Shown here piece after piece: positions 1 through 9,515 of a stretch of DNA of 64,000 nucleotides; positions within the stretch are counted from its first letter, which is position 1, and each line of letters begins with the position of its first letter. Below the pieces are notes generated by a model. The model worked only from the letters and a program-made list of their open reading frames with translations. It was not told where the DNA came from and ran no database searches. Both the position numbers and the translations under genes were made by a program. The stretch is from a virus (Duplodnaviria > Caudoviricetes): the IMG/VR virus record IMGVR_UViG_2908416650_000002, positions 2,967 through 66,966 of that record; one strand, 5' to 3'.

Positions 1-37
1 ATCGCGCCGAGTTGCTCGGAGAGAAGAATGTCGCTCA

Positions 38-1177
38 TCAAGCGGCCTTGGTCAGCAATGCGGCGAACTTGCGTTTGGCCTCTTCGACGGCTTCGGCGAT
101 GTCACGGGACGCGTTGCTGGATTCAGCGCGGTAGGTTTCCGTCAGGCCGTGCATGTCAGTCTGGAAACTCAGGGTGGCGTCGGCCAGGGCGCGCACCGAG
201 TCGACCTTGATGGTGGAGCCATAGCTGGCCTTGACCGCCGCTTCCAATTGGGTGTTGCCGGTGCTGCCCAGGGCTTCAAGGCCCTTGCTGATGCCGTCGG
301 TGGTGGCATTCAGCGTGTTGGTGGCTTCGGCCAGTCCACTGTTGCTGGTGAACGACACCGCGAGGCCGGTCAACACCACTTCGTTGGTAGAGAAGAACGA
401 GACCATGCGTTGGTACTGGCGCTCCTTGATCACATGCACCTGGTTGATCCGGGCGAAGACCATTTCGGCCGTGTTGTAGCCGACCTTGAGGTCATCGGCG
501 ATGTCCTTGACGATCTGGTAGCGCTTGTCTTCGTCCTGCAGCGCGCGTACCGCTTCGTCACGGCGCAATTCCAAGGCCGCGCGTTCGGCCGGCGCCAGGG
601 TTTCGGCAGCCGTGACTTGGGCGTTGGCCTCGTTTAACGCCTGGGTACGCTGCTCCAGGACCTGGCCGGCCAGGGCGAGCACTTGTTGGGCATCGACCTC
701 GGCCGCTTTCATGGCCATGCGAAAATCCAGGTAGGCCTCCAGAATCACCGTTTCCCGGGAGATCTGGTCATTGGCCGACTTGCACACCTGCAAGTAGTTT
801 TCACGGATCTCGCTGAAGCGGCTGGGGATCGAGCCACGACGCAGGTTCATCCAGCTCAGCTTGAGCTTCTCCAGCGTATCCAGGCGCCCATCATCCATCC
901 AGCCCGCCATGGCCGCAGCGTCTTCGCGAATCGAGGTGAAGCTCTGGGTGATGTCCATGAAGCGCGTGGAGATATCCATGCCGGCGATCTGCTCGCGAAC
1001 CACGCTGTTAAAGGTGGTCGACTGTTGCAGCACGGCAGCGATAGCGGTGACTTTGGCGGTGTCGTACTGGGCCACGCGGTCCAGCAATACCAGTACCGGT
1101 GCGTCTGGAACCGGCTGCAGAAGATTGATGCCCAGGGTCCGCAGGCCCGTCAGCGCGCGGTCGAGGTAGTTGCTCAT
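38..1177 (-). CDS. Host coiled-coil protein, possibly TelA/KlaA toxic-anion-resistance-like
   Basis: Long helical ORF. The likely start is ATG 1177 (MSNYLDRAL) after an AAGGA RBS, and the longer upstream extension overlaps the lysE-family gene. Confidence 0.55.
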   Translation of the reverse strand: MSNYLDRALTGLRTLGINLLQPVPDAPVLVLLDRVAQYDTAKVTAIAAVLQQSTTFNSVVREQIAGMDISTRFMDITQSFTSIREDAAAMAGWMDDGRLDTLEKLKLSWMNLRRGSIPSRFSEIRENYLQVCKSANDQISRETVILEAYLDFRMAMKAAEVDAQQVLALAGQVLEQRTQALNEANAQVTAAETLAPAERAALELRRDEAVRALQDEDKRYQIVKDIADDLKVGYNTAEMVFARINQVHVIKERQYQRMVSFFSTNEVVLTGLAVSFTSNSGLAEATNTLNATTDGISKGLEALGSTGNTQLEAAVKASYGSTIKVDSVRALADATLSFQTDMHGLTETYRAESSNASRDIAEAVEEAKRKFAALLTKAA

Positions 1178-1388
1178 CGAGTGTCCTTTCAGGATGTGTT
1201 CAGCACAGTGTGCAGAGAAGGGCGCAAGTATACCGATCAATGAAGGCAAACCAATGGCAGTTTGGTTGGAGGGCGCTTGTTGGCAGGCCTGACGAAGTGT
1301 ATGACCGTATCTACCGCTAGCTGTACGGGGCGCAGGCTGGCGCAACGTTCTACTGTCACGGCCACAGTACTCGTTCGGATGTCGCGCC

Positions 1389-1997
1389 ATGCTCATGTCT
1401 TCAAGCCTGCTTTCAGCTTTCGCGCTGTTCGCCTTTGTGTCCTCAATCACCCCTGGTCCCAATAACACCATGTTGCTGGCGTCCGGGGTGAACTTCGGTT
1501 TTATTCGCTCGATCCCCCATGCACTGGGCATCAGCATTGGCTTCATGTTGTTGGTGATCGCCGTGGGCCTGGGCCTGGGAGAAGTGTTCAAGGCGTTGCC
1601 GTGGGCCTACACCGTATTGCGTTATGTGGGGGCGGCGTATTTGCTGTACCTCGCCTGGAAAATCGCAACGTCCAGCGCGATGTCCGATGACACCGATAAC
1701 AAGCGCAAACCCATGACGTTTCTCGGCGCGGCGGCCTTCCAGTGGGTCAACCCCAAGGCCTGGGTCATGGCGCTGGGCGCGATCACCACCTACACGCCTG
1801 CCGAGGGTTATGTCACCAACGTGCTGTTGATTGCTGCGGTGTTTGCCTTGGTAAACCTGCCCAGCGTTTGCGTATGGGCCGGCTGTGGCAGCGGCTTGCG
1901 CAATGTACTGCGCGAGCCACGCTGGTTGCGGGTGTTCAACTGGTCGATGGCGGGGCTGTTGGTGCTGTCGTTGTATCCGATGTTTTTTGCCGGCTGA
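1389..1997 (+). CDS. LysE/RhtB family amino-acid exporter
   Basis: Contains the SITPGPNN, GAAYLLYLAWK and FQWVNPKAW motifs and is hydrophobic throughout. Confidence 0.93.
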   Translation: MLMSSSLLSAFALFAFVSSITPGPNNTMLLASGVNFGFIRSIPHALGISIGFMLLVIAVGLGLGEVFKALPWAYTVLRYVGAAYLLYLAWKIATSSAMSDDTDNKRKPMTFLGAAAFQWVNPKAWVMALGAITTYTPAEGYVTNVLLIAAVFALVNLPSVCVWAGCGSGLRNVLREPRWLRVFNWSMAGLLVLSLYPMFFAG

Positions 1998-2819
1998 CAC
2001 GCCTTCTGACCTCCAGCGGGTTGCGTCAGCAGGCCATGGAACCTAGACCGGTGAGATGGTGGCCAGCAGACCAATTGCGATGGTCAGCGCAAGAAAACCG
2101 AACAGGAAAAATGCCATCTTAGCCATAAGGCCTCCGAAATGAACGGGCCGGCAGGACGGTTCCTGCCGGGCTCCACGGGCGTGTCGGGAGTGGGTGTATT
2201 GTCAGGGCAGGGCGGTTTTCGATACAGGGGCAGATGCAGAAGAAAAAAGCGTATCAGATGGGCCGGGGCGCCGCAGGAGCAGGAAAGCCGGGGATGATCA
2301 TTTTGGGGTATCAGGGAATAAACAGCGGCTCAGTAACTTGTGGGCGGGACTGCTGAAGGAACTAACCTTTTGCGTGGAGTATCGTATCCACGATTTTCGT
2401 GGGAGGTTGAAGGCGAACTGCGTCGTGCGTGGCTATTCTCAAGCGGCGCTGGGAGGGTTCCTTGAAGTGATTTCATCGGGGCGAGTAGGCAAATGGGCAA
2501 GACATTGGCTGCGCTGTCGTTTTTGATGACCCTGGTTTGGGTTTCAGTGGTTATTGCGGTAATGACTTATTTTTCCTGATGCACGTGGGGCACGGGTGCG
2601 GCACCTGGTGAAGCGGTCGGTATCGCCATTGCCCACTCCCGCCTGCAAAATCTGTAGATGACTGATCTGGCGAGCTTTTTTGTTTGCAAGGGCGCCGCTT
2701 GATTGTTTGAAAAAGCCCGCACCCGACCTTGCATCGAGGGGGCTGGATCTATATATTCCCTAGCCTGCTGCAACGCTCAAGGGCTTTTAACGCTGCTTGG
2801 CCTGCTGCATAGCGCTACC

Positions 2820-2906
2820 GCCCGAATGGCGAAACTGGTAGACGCATGGGACTTAAAATCCCCCGCTCGTAAGGGCGTGCCGGTTCGATTCCGGCTTCGG
2901 GCACCA
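2820..2906 (+). tRNA. tRNA-Leu(UAA), 87 nt, prophage integration target
   Basis: GCCCGAA...TTCGGGC acceptor stem with ACCA end, CT-TAA-AA anticodon loop, long variable arm and GTTCGATTC T-loop. Confidence 0.97.
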
Positions 2907-2907
2907 T
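2849..2907 (+). repeat. attL core (59-bp direct repeat)
   Basis: GGACTTAAAATCCCCC...TTCGGGCACCAT, identical to 61485..61543. Confidence 0.96.
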
Positions 2908-2956
2908 AATATTCAAGGGTTTGCGGGGTTTTAGGACCTGGCTGGCTCTTTGTGTT

Positions 2957-2986
2957 TTTCCGCAATATTCTTCTCCTTTCCGCAAT
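2957..2986 (+). promoter_or_regulatory. Putative integrase arm-type sites (TTTCCGCAAT x2)
   Basis: Direct repeats at 2957..2966 and 2977..2986. The same TTTCCGCA core recurs near attR. Confidence 0.6.
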
Positions 2987-4018
2987 TCACTTCGTCGGCG
3001 TAACTTTTTTGCCGATACGTTTGCGGATGTAGTTCTCTGTCATCACCACGGTTGTGTGCCCAAGCTGATCTCTGGCTTGCAGAATATCTCCGCTTGATTC
3101 CGCCTTATCGGTACCAGCCTTTGCGCGCAGGTCCCGCATCTGAAAGTCTGCCTTTTTTACGCCGGCAGCTTCTCTCGCAGCATCAAATCTCCCCCGTAAC
3201 ATACTGCTAGTCATAGGCTGCCCGTTGTCCATTACGATGAGTTTACTGGACCGGATTTTATGGCTGTCTTTCCTGGCCAGTATTCGGTCGATCACAACCT
3301 TCAACTCCCCAACGATTTCAATTCGTCGCTTGGCCTTGGTTTTTCCCTGCTGCACAGCAAGGCGATCCTCCCTGATATCGCGCTCATCCATTTTTAGGGT
3401 GTCAGCGATACGCTGACCTGTCAGGTAGAACAGATCGAGCGCGTCTTTTAGCGGCTGGTCTGCGTGCAAATACACCATCGCGAGCATTTCATCTTCGACG
3501 TAGATGTCACGTCCGCTTTCCTTATTGCCTTTAACACCGGCGCAGGGATTGGCCAAGGACGTGTAGCCGCTGGTCCTGGCGAAGTTCCAGATCGAGCTGA
3601 GCAATGCTTTCTCGCGATTTGCACGAACAGGTGCGGTCTTTCCTCGATGTCTCAAGTACTGGGCAACGTGCTGGGGCTCAATAGCTTCCAGCGGGGCGGG
3701 TGGGTCATTGAAGAAGGCAAGTAGCTGCTTCAGCTCTCTGGCGTTGTCTTTCTGCGTCGCTGGCGCTTTAGTTGGAACAACTTCCAGCATGTATTTTTCA
3801 GCGACATAGGCGAAAGTCAGTACATCCTGCGCCATGGCCTGGGATACACGGCTTTTTTCGAGCTTTGCATACTCCAAAATTGCCAGCCCGTAGTCCTTGC
3901 CCAATGGTATTTCTTTGCGTGGCGTCCCGCCTGTGTCGTAAAGGTAATACGTCGTGTCGCCACGCTTCCTTTCGCGTAACCGGGGAATGCTCCCAGGCCG
4001 GGTTGGTTTTCGTCCCAT
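2987..4018 (-). CDS. int: Tyrosine recombinase phage integrase
   Basis: TGQRIAD, QGKT, RDLRAK, LGH and ENY catalytic motifs, adjacent to attL. Confidence 0.95.
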   Translation of the reverse strand: MGRKPTRPGSIPRLRERKRGDTTYYLYDTGGTPRKEIPLGKDYGLAILEYAKLEKSRVSQAMAQDVLTFAYVAEKYMLEVVPTKAPATQKDNARELKQLLAFFNDPPAPLEAIEPQHVAQYLRHRGKTAPVRANREKALLSSIWNFARTSGYTSLANPCAGVKGNKESGRDIYVEDEMLAMVYLHADQPLKDALDLFYLTGQRIADTLKMDERDIREDRLAVQQGKTKAKRRIEIVGELKVVIDRILARKDSHKIRSSKLIVMDNGQPMTSSMLRGRFDAAREAAGVKKADFQMRDLRAKAGTDKAESSGDILQARDQLGHTTVVMTENYIRKRIGKKVTPTK

Positions 4019-4228
4019 CTACCCCACCAGCCGCGGTTGCCATTTCGGTTTTTCCATAACGCCGGCAGCCTCGCCAGTGATTGCCGATGCGATGACGCAA
4101 GGCCACCCGCTGCGTTTGATGGTGTGGCGAATGCCGTTTCTTTTGAGAACTTGCACCTGGCCTGCTTTCGTTTTCGCGCCGGTAAGCGTGCAAACCTCTT
4201 CATGCGACAGGAAGTGAATACCGTCCAT
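4019..4228 (-). CDS. Putative excisionase (DUF4224-like)
   Basis: MDGIHFLSHEEVCTLTG...QVLKRNGI...GWPCV, immediately upstream of int. Confidence 0.75.
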   Translation of the reverse strand: MDGIHFLSHEEVCTLTGAKTKAGQVQVLKRNGIRHTIKRSGWPCVIASAITGEAAGVMEKPKWQPRLVG

Positions 4229-4230
4229 AA

Positions 4231-4452
4231 CTACCTCCCACCGGCCGCTGTGGGCCGGGCTGTCTTGATGATGTGAATGACCAGGCTGAAGGTGATCAGC
4301 ATCCAGCCGCAGGTGCCGGCGAAGGCGTAGAGGATGTCGGCCGTTTCGCCGTCGGCCAGAAGACGTGGGCCGAGCCAAAAGAACCAGCAGCCGCTGCCGA
4401 CCAGGTACAGCAAAGCGCCCAGCAGGATCAGGGTGAGTTTGAATGCGAACAT
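4231..4452 (-). CDS. Small two-TM phage membrane protein
   Basis: Two hydrophobic segments and a GAGG RBS. Confidence 0.65.
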   Translation of the reverse strand: MFAFKLTLILLGALLYLVGSGCWFFWLGPRLLADGETADILYAFAGTCGWMLITFSLVIHIIKTARPTAAGGR

Positions 4453-4488
4453 GTGGTGTCCTCGCCGCGCTGGGCGGCAGAAGGTGGG

Positions 4489-4680
4489 TTACAGGTTTAC
4501 GAACTGGCTGTTTGGTTCGAATGGCTTGCCATCAGGATCAGGCACCAGGGCCGGCACATTCTTTCGGATGAACTCATCAAAGCACTGCGGGCAACTGATC
4601 GTGTTCGCAGTGCGAAGTTGGGTGTGCCCGGTGTATCCGCACACCGGGCACTTCATTGCCGTCGGAATAACGTAGGTCAT
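4489..4680 (-). CDS. Small Zn-ribbon protein
   Basis: CPVCG and CPQC pairs, with a GAGG RBS before ATG 4680. Confidence 0.6.
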   Translation of the reverse strand: MTYVIPTAMKCPVCGYTGHTQLRTANTISCPQCFDEFIRKNVPALVPDPDGKPFEPNSQFVNL

Positions 4681-4690
4681 AGGAATACCT

Positions 4691-5088
4691 CGCCCGCCGC
4701 TCACCGGCAGGCATGTAGGGGAATGGAGTAATGGCTCTTTGCTCGGGTTTCTCAACCCTTTGGATGGGTGTACAACAGGTGTTTAAGTCGTTGCGACTGT
4801 GGGAGGACGCGTGTCACATAATCTGGATGTGCCGATCGCTCATGAGTACCGAGGTCACACGGTATTCCTCAAGTTCGTCTGGAAAAGGCCGAACGACCCG
4901 GTGCCTACATCCGCGACAATCATCGAGCCCGTGGACATACACGGTATGGGTGAAGTCGCAGCTGAGCTGGCAGGACCGTGGTCCGATTACCCGGCCGCCC
5001 TGGACGAAGCGATGTCGGTCGCAGAGCGCTGGGTTGATAGTCAGCTTCCTTGATCCCGCCCGCCGCTCACCGGAAGGCATGTAGGGGA
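4691..5088 (+). repeat. 32-bp direct repeat (4691..4722 and 5057..5088, one mismatch)
   Basis: CGCCCGCCGCTCACCGG(C/A)AGGCATGTAGGGGA occurs twice and flanks an oppositely oriented ORF. Confidence 0.85.
4811..5053 (+). CDS. Hypothetical protein (moron-like)
   Basis: GGAGG RBS followed by a GTG start, opposite to the neighbouring genes. Confidence 0.6.
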   Translation: MSHNLDVPIAHEYRGHTVFLKFVWKRPNDPVPTSATIIEPVDIHGMGEVAAELAGPWSDYPAALDEAMSVAERWVDSQLP

Positions 5089-5094
5089 TTGTGA

Positions 5095-5280
5095 TTACAT
5101 CAAAGCCACCAGGCACGCCGCTGCGATTTGTCGCCGCAGCTCTTGGCGTTGTTGAAGGCTGATCATGCCGCGCTTGTAAAGGCGGTTAGTCCATCTGTCG
5201 CATTCACGGAAAAAGCGATTCCTAGATTTGCGGCTGGCCACTGGTGCAATGGCGATAATTGCTTCTGCGAAGGCTCTCAT
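5095..5280 (-). CDS. Small basic hypothetical protein
   Basis: 61-aa ORF with an AGGAG RBS. Confidence 0.5.
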   Translation of the reverse strand: MRAFAEAIIAIAPVASRKSRNRFFRECDRWTNRLYKRGMISLQQRQELRRQIAAACLVALM

Positions 5281-5412
5281 GAGGCTCTCCTGGTTTGGTG
5301 AGCCTTGATGGTCGGCGCGTTGAACTGTCGGTTTCCCGACTATTTGCAGTTGAAATCGCTCATGGCCTTGGCCCCTTGTAGATGAACACGTAGGCGAACC
5401 AGAGGGTGGTGA

Positions 5413-6000
5413 TCATGGCGTCACCCGTGCGGCCGCGATTTCATCAAGGAGCGATTGCGGCAGAGATGCGGCGAACTCGCCTTCCGACCACGATAGTGGC
5501 TCAGACTGACAAATCATCTCGTTGAGCAATTCGAACGCTGCCAGCAACTGTTCGTCGCGTATCTCGCCGTCCTCCGGCAGATCGTCGCAGAAGTGGTCGG
5601 CCGGATCGATTTGGCTGGGATAGTTCGGTTCACAGATGCAGAGCTGCAGGTCCGCCAGATCGATATCGCTGTCGATAAGGTAGTCTCGGAGGCTGTCTTC
5701 ATCGAAGAAGTACTGGTCGCCATCGAAGATAACCAGCGGCTCCCCGGCCCAATCCTTGATAGGCATCGCAGCGAATTTAGCTTGGCGCCGAGCGTGGCGG
5801 CACGCATTGCAGGAACTGTTCACCTCGTAGATTGGGTGATCAGGGTTCACGTCGCAGCGGCGATGGGTGGCGCCGCAGTAGCGGGCAAGGTTCTCGTCGG
5901 CGCCGAAGAATCGCCCGTCGGCTGAAACCCAGCCTGTTACCGTTTTGAGGCTGGCTGCTTCTGGAGCATCGAACATGATGATTGGCTTTTGTGCAGTCAT
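5413..6000 (-). CDS. Phage hypothetical protein (Cys-containing, acidic C-terminus)
   Basis: 195-aa ORF with an AAGGA RBS in the leftward early operon. Confidence 0.75.
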   Translation of the reverse strand: MTAQKPIIMFDAPEAASLKTVTGWVSADGRFFGADENLARYCGATHRRCDVNPDHPIYEVNSSCNACRHARRQAKFAAMPIKDWAGEPLVIFDGDQYFFDEDSLRDYLIDSDIDLADLQLCICEPNYPSQIDPADHFCDDLPEDGEIRDEQLLAAFELLNEMICQSEPLSWSEGEFAASLPQSLLDEIAAARVTP

Positions 6001-6438
6001 GACTTCGTCCTTGCCGCTATAGCGGCTGACTTTGAAGGGGGAGGGGGTTATTTAAAATCGGCCTAGACGAGACCGTGGGATGTGCTAGAAATGACATGTC
6101 GCGCATGCATTTCAGATATTCGTTGTTGGGGTGCTGCGCGGCAGACGCTCTATTACTCCGTTGGAGCGGGACCTCCAGCTGTGGGCATTGATCGGTAGGC
6201 TGTCGCATTTAGCCGCGAGTTAAACAACTCCCTTCCTCTGGGCTACTAACTCAACGCCTTGGCCTGCCGGTCATCTCTTCTGATTCACTTCAAGCGGCCG
6301 CTGTTACCCGGTCATGGGTATTCACGAGCGCCAAAATGAAACGTTCATATGTTTCAATGTTCCCGTCAGCTCGCGGAGGAACCGCAGGGCTGATTTTCTA
6401 TTTCCCGATGTAATCGTTTCACCCAAAGGAGCTACACC

Positions 6439-7296
6439 ATGCAAGGAAGTATTAAGTTGAGAAATTTCGCGTTTCTGCTGATCCCGTTCGTTGCGGCCTG
6501 TACCACAACTGACCGAACCCGAGAGGGTGGGGCCCAGATTGAAAGCGCACCGCGCGTTCAGGCTGTTCAAGCAGTCCAATTCGATAACTGTTCAGTGGGG
6601 TGCCCAACAGGTGGCAGTCCGATGACGCTGAATCGCCAGTCGTACACGCTGAACAACAACGGTTCGACCAAGTTTGCGAACTGGGTCTCCTACAAAATCA
6701 CGAAGGAAACTCCGGCAAGCGGGCGCCCGCGCAACTGGAAGACCGATCCGGATATTCCCGCCGGTGAAACGCTCGATCCGGTGGACTACAACGGTGCCAA
6801 CGTTGCGCTCAAAGTTGACCGTGGCCACCAGGCCAACCTGGCTTCGATGGCAGGCGTTCCTGACTGGCAAACCCTCAACTATCTGTCGAACATCACCCCG
6901 CAAAAGGCTGACCTCAACCAGGGGCCCTGGGCGCGACTTGAGGACCAAGAGCGCAACCTCAGCAAAGAGGCGGGCGTTGATCAGGTGTTCGTCGCTACCG
7001 GGCCGCTCTATGAGCATTTCGTCGGCACGCTGCCAGGCACAAACAAGGTGCACACGATCCCTAGCGGGTACTGGAAAATCATCTTCGTCGGCAGCTCGCC
7101 AGAGGGTGGTGTCTATGCCTCGTTCGTGATGAACCAGGAGACACCAAAGGGCGCCAATTTCTGCGACTACCAAGTGACCGTGAATCAGATTGAGGAGCGA
7201 TCAGGCCTCACGTTCTGGAGCAATTTGCCTCAGGCCGTCCAGACAGCTTTGAAGTCGAAGCAAGGGCAATTGCCGGCGCGGATTGGCTGTAAGTAA
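6439..7296 (+). CDS. DNA/RNA non-specific endonuclease lipoprotein (Serratia NucA/NucM type)
   Basis: Lipobox VAAC, DRGH active-site motif, LSNITPQ, LNQGPW.RLE and IPSGYWK. Confidence 0.92.
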   Translation: MQGSIKLRNFAFLLIPFVAACTTTDRTREGGAQIESAPRVQAVQAVQFDNCSVGCPTGGSPMTLNRQSYTLNNNGSTKFANWVSYKITKETPASGRPRNWKTDPDIPAGETLDPVDYNGANVALKVDRGHQANLASMAGVPDWQTLNYLSNITPQKADLNQGPWARLEDQERNLSKEAGVDQVFVATGPLYEHFVGTLPGTNKVHTIPSGYWKIIFVGSSPEGGVYASFVMNQETPKGANFCDYQVTVNQIEERSGLTFWSNLPQAVQTALKSKQGQLPARIGCK

Positions 7297-7316
7297 ACAC
7301 TGCAATCAAGCACACG

Positions 7317-7345
7317 AGGCTGCCGGATTCGGCGGCCTTTTTTTT
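7317..7345 (+). terminator. Rho-independent terminator of the nuclease moron
   Basis: AGGCTGCCG-GATT-CGGCGGCCT stem-loop followed by a T run. Confidence 0.85.
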
Positions 7346-7369
7346 GTACTAGGATTTTGTAGATCCGCT

Positions 7370-7948
7370 TCATGCGGCCATCTGCTGCTGTTCTTGGCGT
7401 AGCGCCTGCTGGACCACTTGGATGATCCGCTCAAGGTAGGTGTAATCGGGGATTGGCTCAGTAGCATCGTTGGTCAAGTGCCACCACTCATGCCCGAAAA
7501 GCTTGGTCATCAGTTCGCTGTGCGCTCCGTGGAGATGGTCGATTGATGGCGATTCGCGCAGATCTTCTGCCTCATCGAACCGCTCGCGGGTCTCGTCGGC
7601 GCCATAACAAAACTGGCGGCGCTCTTTCAGGACGAGGCGCTGCGCTTCCCTTGCAAGCGCTTCACCACTGAACTGCCGTGGCCTCATCGCCTGGTCGAAG
7701 TAGCCGATGATGTAGCCGGTGCTCAGCTTGCAGAAGAACTGCCTGATGCTCAGACCATCCCACATGCCGCCCCAGTAGGCCGTCCAGCTCTTGCCCCAGC
7801 AACTGACGGTGATCTTTCCCTTGCATGGGGCCAGGTCCTCGAGGAAGACGGTGATCGGGTCAAGGTTCGGCGCGCCGGTGATAACTAGCTTGGTGACTGT
7901 TGATCGCTCTACCTGCAGCGGCGCGGTCGTTTTGTTTTCTGTAGGCAT
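7370..7948 (-). CDS. Phage hypothetical protein
   Basis: ORF containing LDPITVFLED...CWGKSWTAYWGGM, preceded by an AAGGA RBS. Confidence 0.75.
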   Translation of the reverse strand: MPTENKTTAPLQVERSTVTKLVITGAPNLDPITVFLEDLAPCKGKITVSCWGKSWTAYWGGMWDGLSIRQFFCKLSTGYIIGYFDQAMRPRQFSGEALAREAQRLVLKERRQFCYGADETRERFDEAEDLRESPSIDHLHGAHSELMTKLFGHEWWHLTNDATEPIPDYTYLERIIQVVQQALRQEQQQMAA

Positions 7949-8033
7949 GGGGAGTCCTTGCCGGGCCATGGCTGGGCGGTGGAGGTTATTAAGAGATCAA
8001 CTACAGTTCAGCGATCAGCCAAAGGAGATTGGT

Positions 8034-8285
8034 ATGAGCGTTACTGTCTGCGTTATATGTAGGGGCCGAGCTGAGGAGGGGTATCAGGTTGGACACTTTG
8101 TTGACTTCAAATGCCCGGACTGTGGGTTTTACTCAGTCAATCGTACGCTGCTTCGAGAGATGGAACGGTCGAAACAGCTGTTCAATGTTGAGCGTGCACG
8201 GCACTTTATTGCGGTCCATTCAAAATCAGGTAGTGTTGCGGCGATCGACCGGATCGAAGCAACATCTCACCAGTTGATAGCGTGA
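8034..8285 (+). CDS. Small Zn-finger hypothetical protein (moron)
   Basis: CVIC and CPDCG motifs with an AAGGAG RBS. Confidence 0.65.
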   Translation: MSVTVCVICRGRAEEGYQVGHFVDFKCPDCGFYSVNRTLLREMERSKQLFNVERARHFIAVHSKSGSVAAIDRIEATSHQLIA

Positions 8286-8334
8286 GTTATGCGCGGCCGG
8301 TGAGGCTGCGCGCCGCGCAGCAGGTACGAAATAA

Positions 8335-9465
8335 TTACAACTTCGGCTCAATTCTGGCCACGTAAGTTTTCAACTCTTCGTTCTTCACCTTACCGTGCAA
8401 CCCGTGATGGATTTCGCGGTGGCAGGCGGGGCAGATGGCACCTATGTAACGTGGATGGTCTAGGCCTCCATCTGATAATCGATTTACGTGGTGCGGCTCT
8501 AGGTATGGTGAGCCGTTTGTCTTCATAAAAGGCGCCGCTTTCTTACAGCTCTCACAGTTCCCGGCTGCCCTCTTTAAAACGTAATTGGAGATAGTTCTGC
8601 TGCGACGATATACGGTTCTGCGTGCCGATCCGCTCTCTCCAGCAGATCCTGCTTCCGCAGCCGCTAGAGCGCGCCTTCTCGCCTCGGCAAGTGACATAGT
8701 TGGATCTGGGGCTTCGTCTTCTCCTGAGAGCGTAGGGGAGTCGAGCTCGAGACCTACAGGGACAAGGTTGAACACAACTATTGCCCTGTCGTTACCAAGC
8801 TTGTCAGGGCCTCGGCGCCATTCATGGCTCGCACAGGTGTATTCGCCGAGGTACTTCTGGCCTAAACTTTTGCCGAGTATCTCGAAAACGTGCAGTGCTT
8901 TCCCCTGCTTCGAGTGCTCGAGAATTGCCAGGTTTCCTTTAGTCAGAGTCATATCACCGAGCTGGCCTTCGCCTGTGTAGCTGAAAACCTGCTCCTCGCT
9001 ATGAGAGTCGGTGTATCCGTACTGACCACCTGAGTCGCCGGTGAAAATGAATACCGCTGGGGCTTGAGCTGAGGGGGCAATTCCACTCTGGCGACTGCCT
9101 CCGAACAAATCGTGAATCTCAGTTTGCCGGTCATAAACCTGACCCGCCACAAAGCGCAGCTCTGGATCAGTTGACCGTTGCAGTTCTACGATTGTGTATC
9201 CGTGCCGCTTCAAATATCCGTTTGTGGGCTGACCACCTGAGAACAGTCCTACCGGCGTTCCAGTGGCCAAAGAAACTATTTTTTTTGCAGGGTATAAAGT
9301 GCTGTTCGCGCTGATTGCGTAGCGATGCGCTTGGTTTTCAGTCCAGCCCTTCCATTCGGGGGCGTGGCGAAATTTTTCATCGAACTGTTTTAGAGCTTGG
9401 TCCAGCTTTGCTTTTTTTACCGCGGGGATTTTCAAAGAAACGTCCTTGTGGGCAGCAGCATTCAT
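8335..9465 (-). CDS. SRA-like plus HNH endonuclease, McrA/ScoMcrA-like modification-dependent restriction enzyme
   Basis: Middle domain GGSRQSGI...YTGEGQLGDM...GNLAI resembles SRA. The C-terminus CESC...LEPHHV...GGLD...ICPACHREIH is an HNH domain. The start is uncertain (9465 or 9504). Confidence 0.8.
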   Translation of the reverse strand: MNAAAHKDVSLKIPAVKKAKLDQALKQFDEKFRHAPEWKGWTENQAHRYAISANSTLYPAKKIVSLATGTPVGLFSGGQPTNGYLKRHGYTIVELQRSTDPELRFVAGQVYDRQTEIHDLFGGSRQSGIAPSAQAPAVFIFTGDSGGQYGYTDSHSEEQVFSYTGEGQLGDMTLTKGNLAILEHSKQGKALHVFEILGKSLGQKYLGEYTCASHEWRRGPDKLGNDRAIVVFNLVPVGLELDSPTLSGEDEAPDPTMSLAEARRRALAAAEAGSAGESGSARRTVYRRSRTISNYVLKRAAGNCESCKKAAPFMKTNGSPYLEPHHVNRLSDGGLDHPRYIGAICPACHREIHHGLHGKVKNEELKTYVARIEPKL

Positions 9466-9515
9466 CAGATAGTCAATGCTCGCTCGCCCAGGCGGATGAC
9501 GCAATAGCGAAATGC

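Noticed and set aside
1178-1591. N-terminal extension of the 517-aa ORF
   Set aside because: It is antisense to the lysE-family gene, and a better start with an RBS exists at 1177.
2000-2819. ORFs or ncRNA in the host intergenic region before the tRNA
   Set aside because: Only weak ORFs and isolated hairpins are present, and I recognised no family.
5360-5416. 18-aa hydrophobic ORF MITTLWFAYVFIYKGPRP
   Set aside because: It is ATGA-coupled but too short to support as a gene, and may be a remnant.
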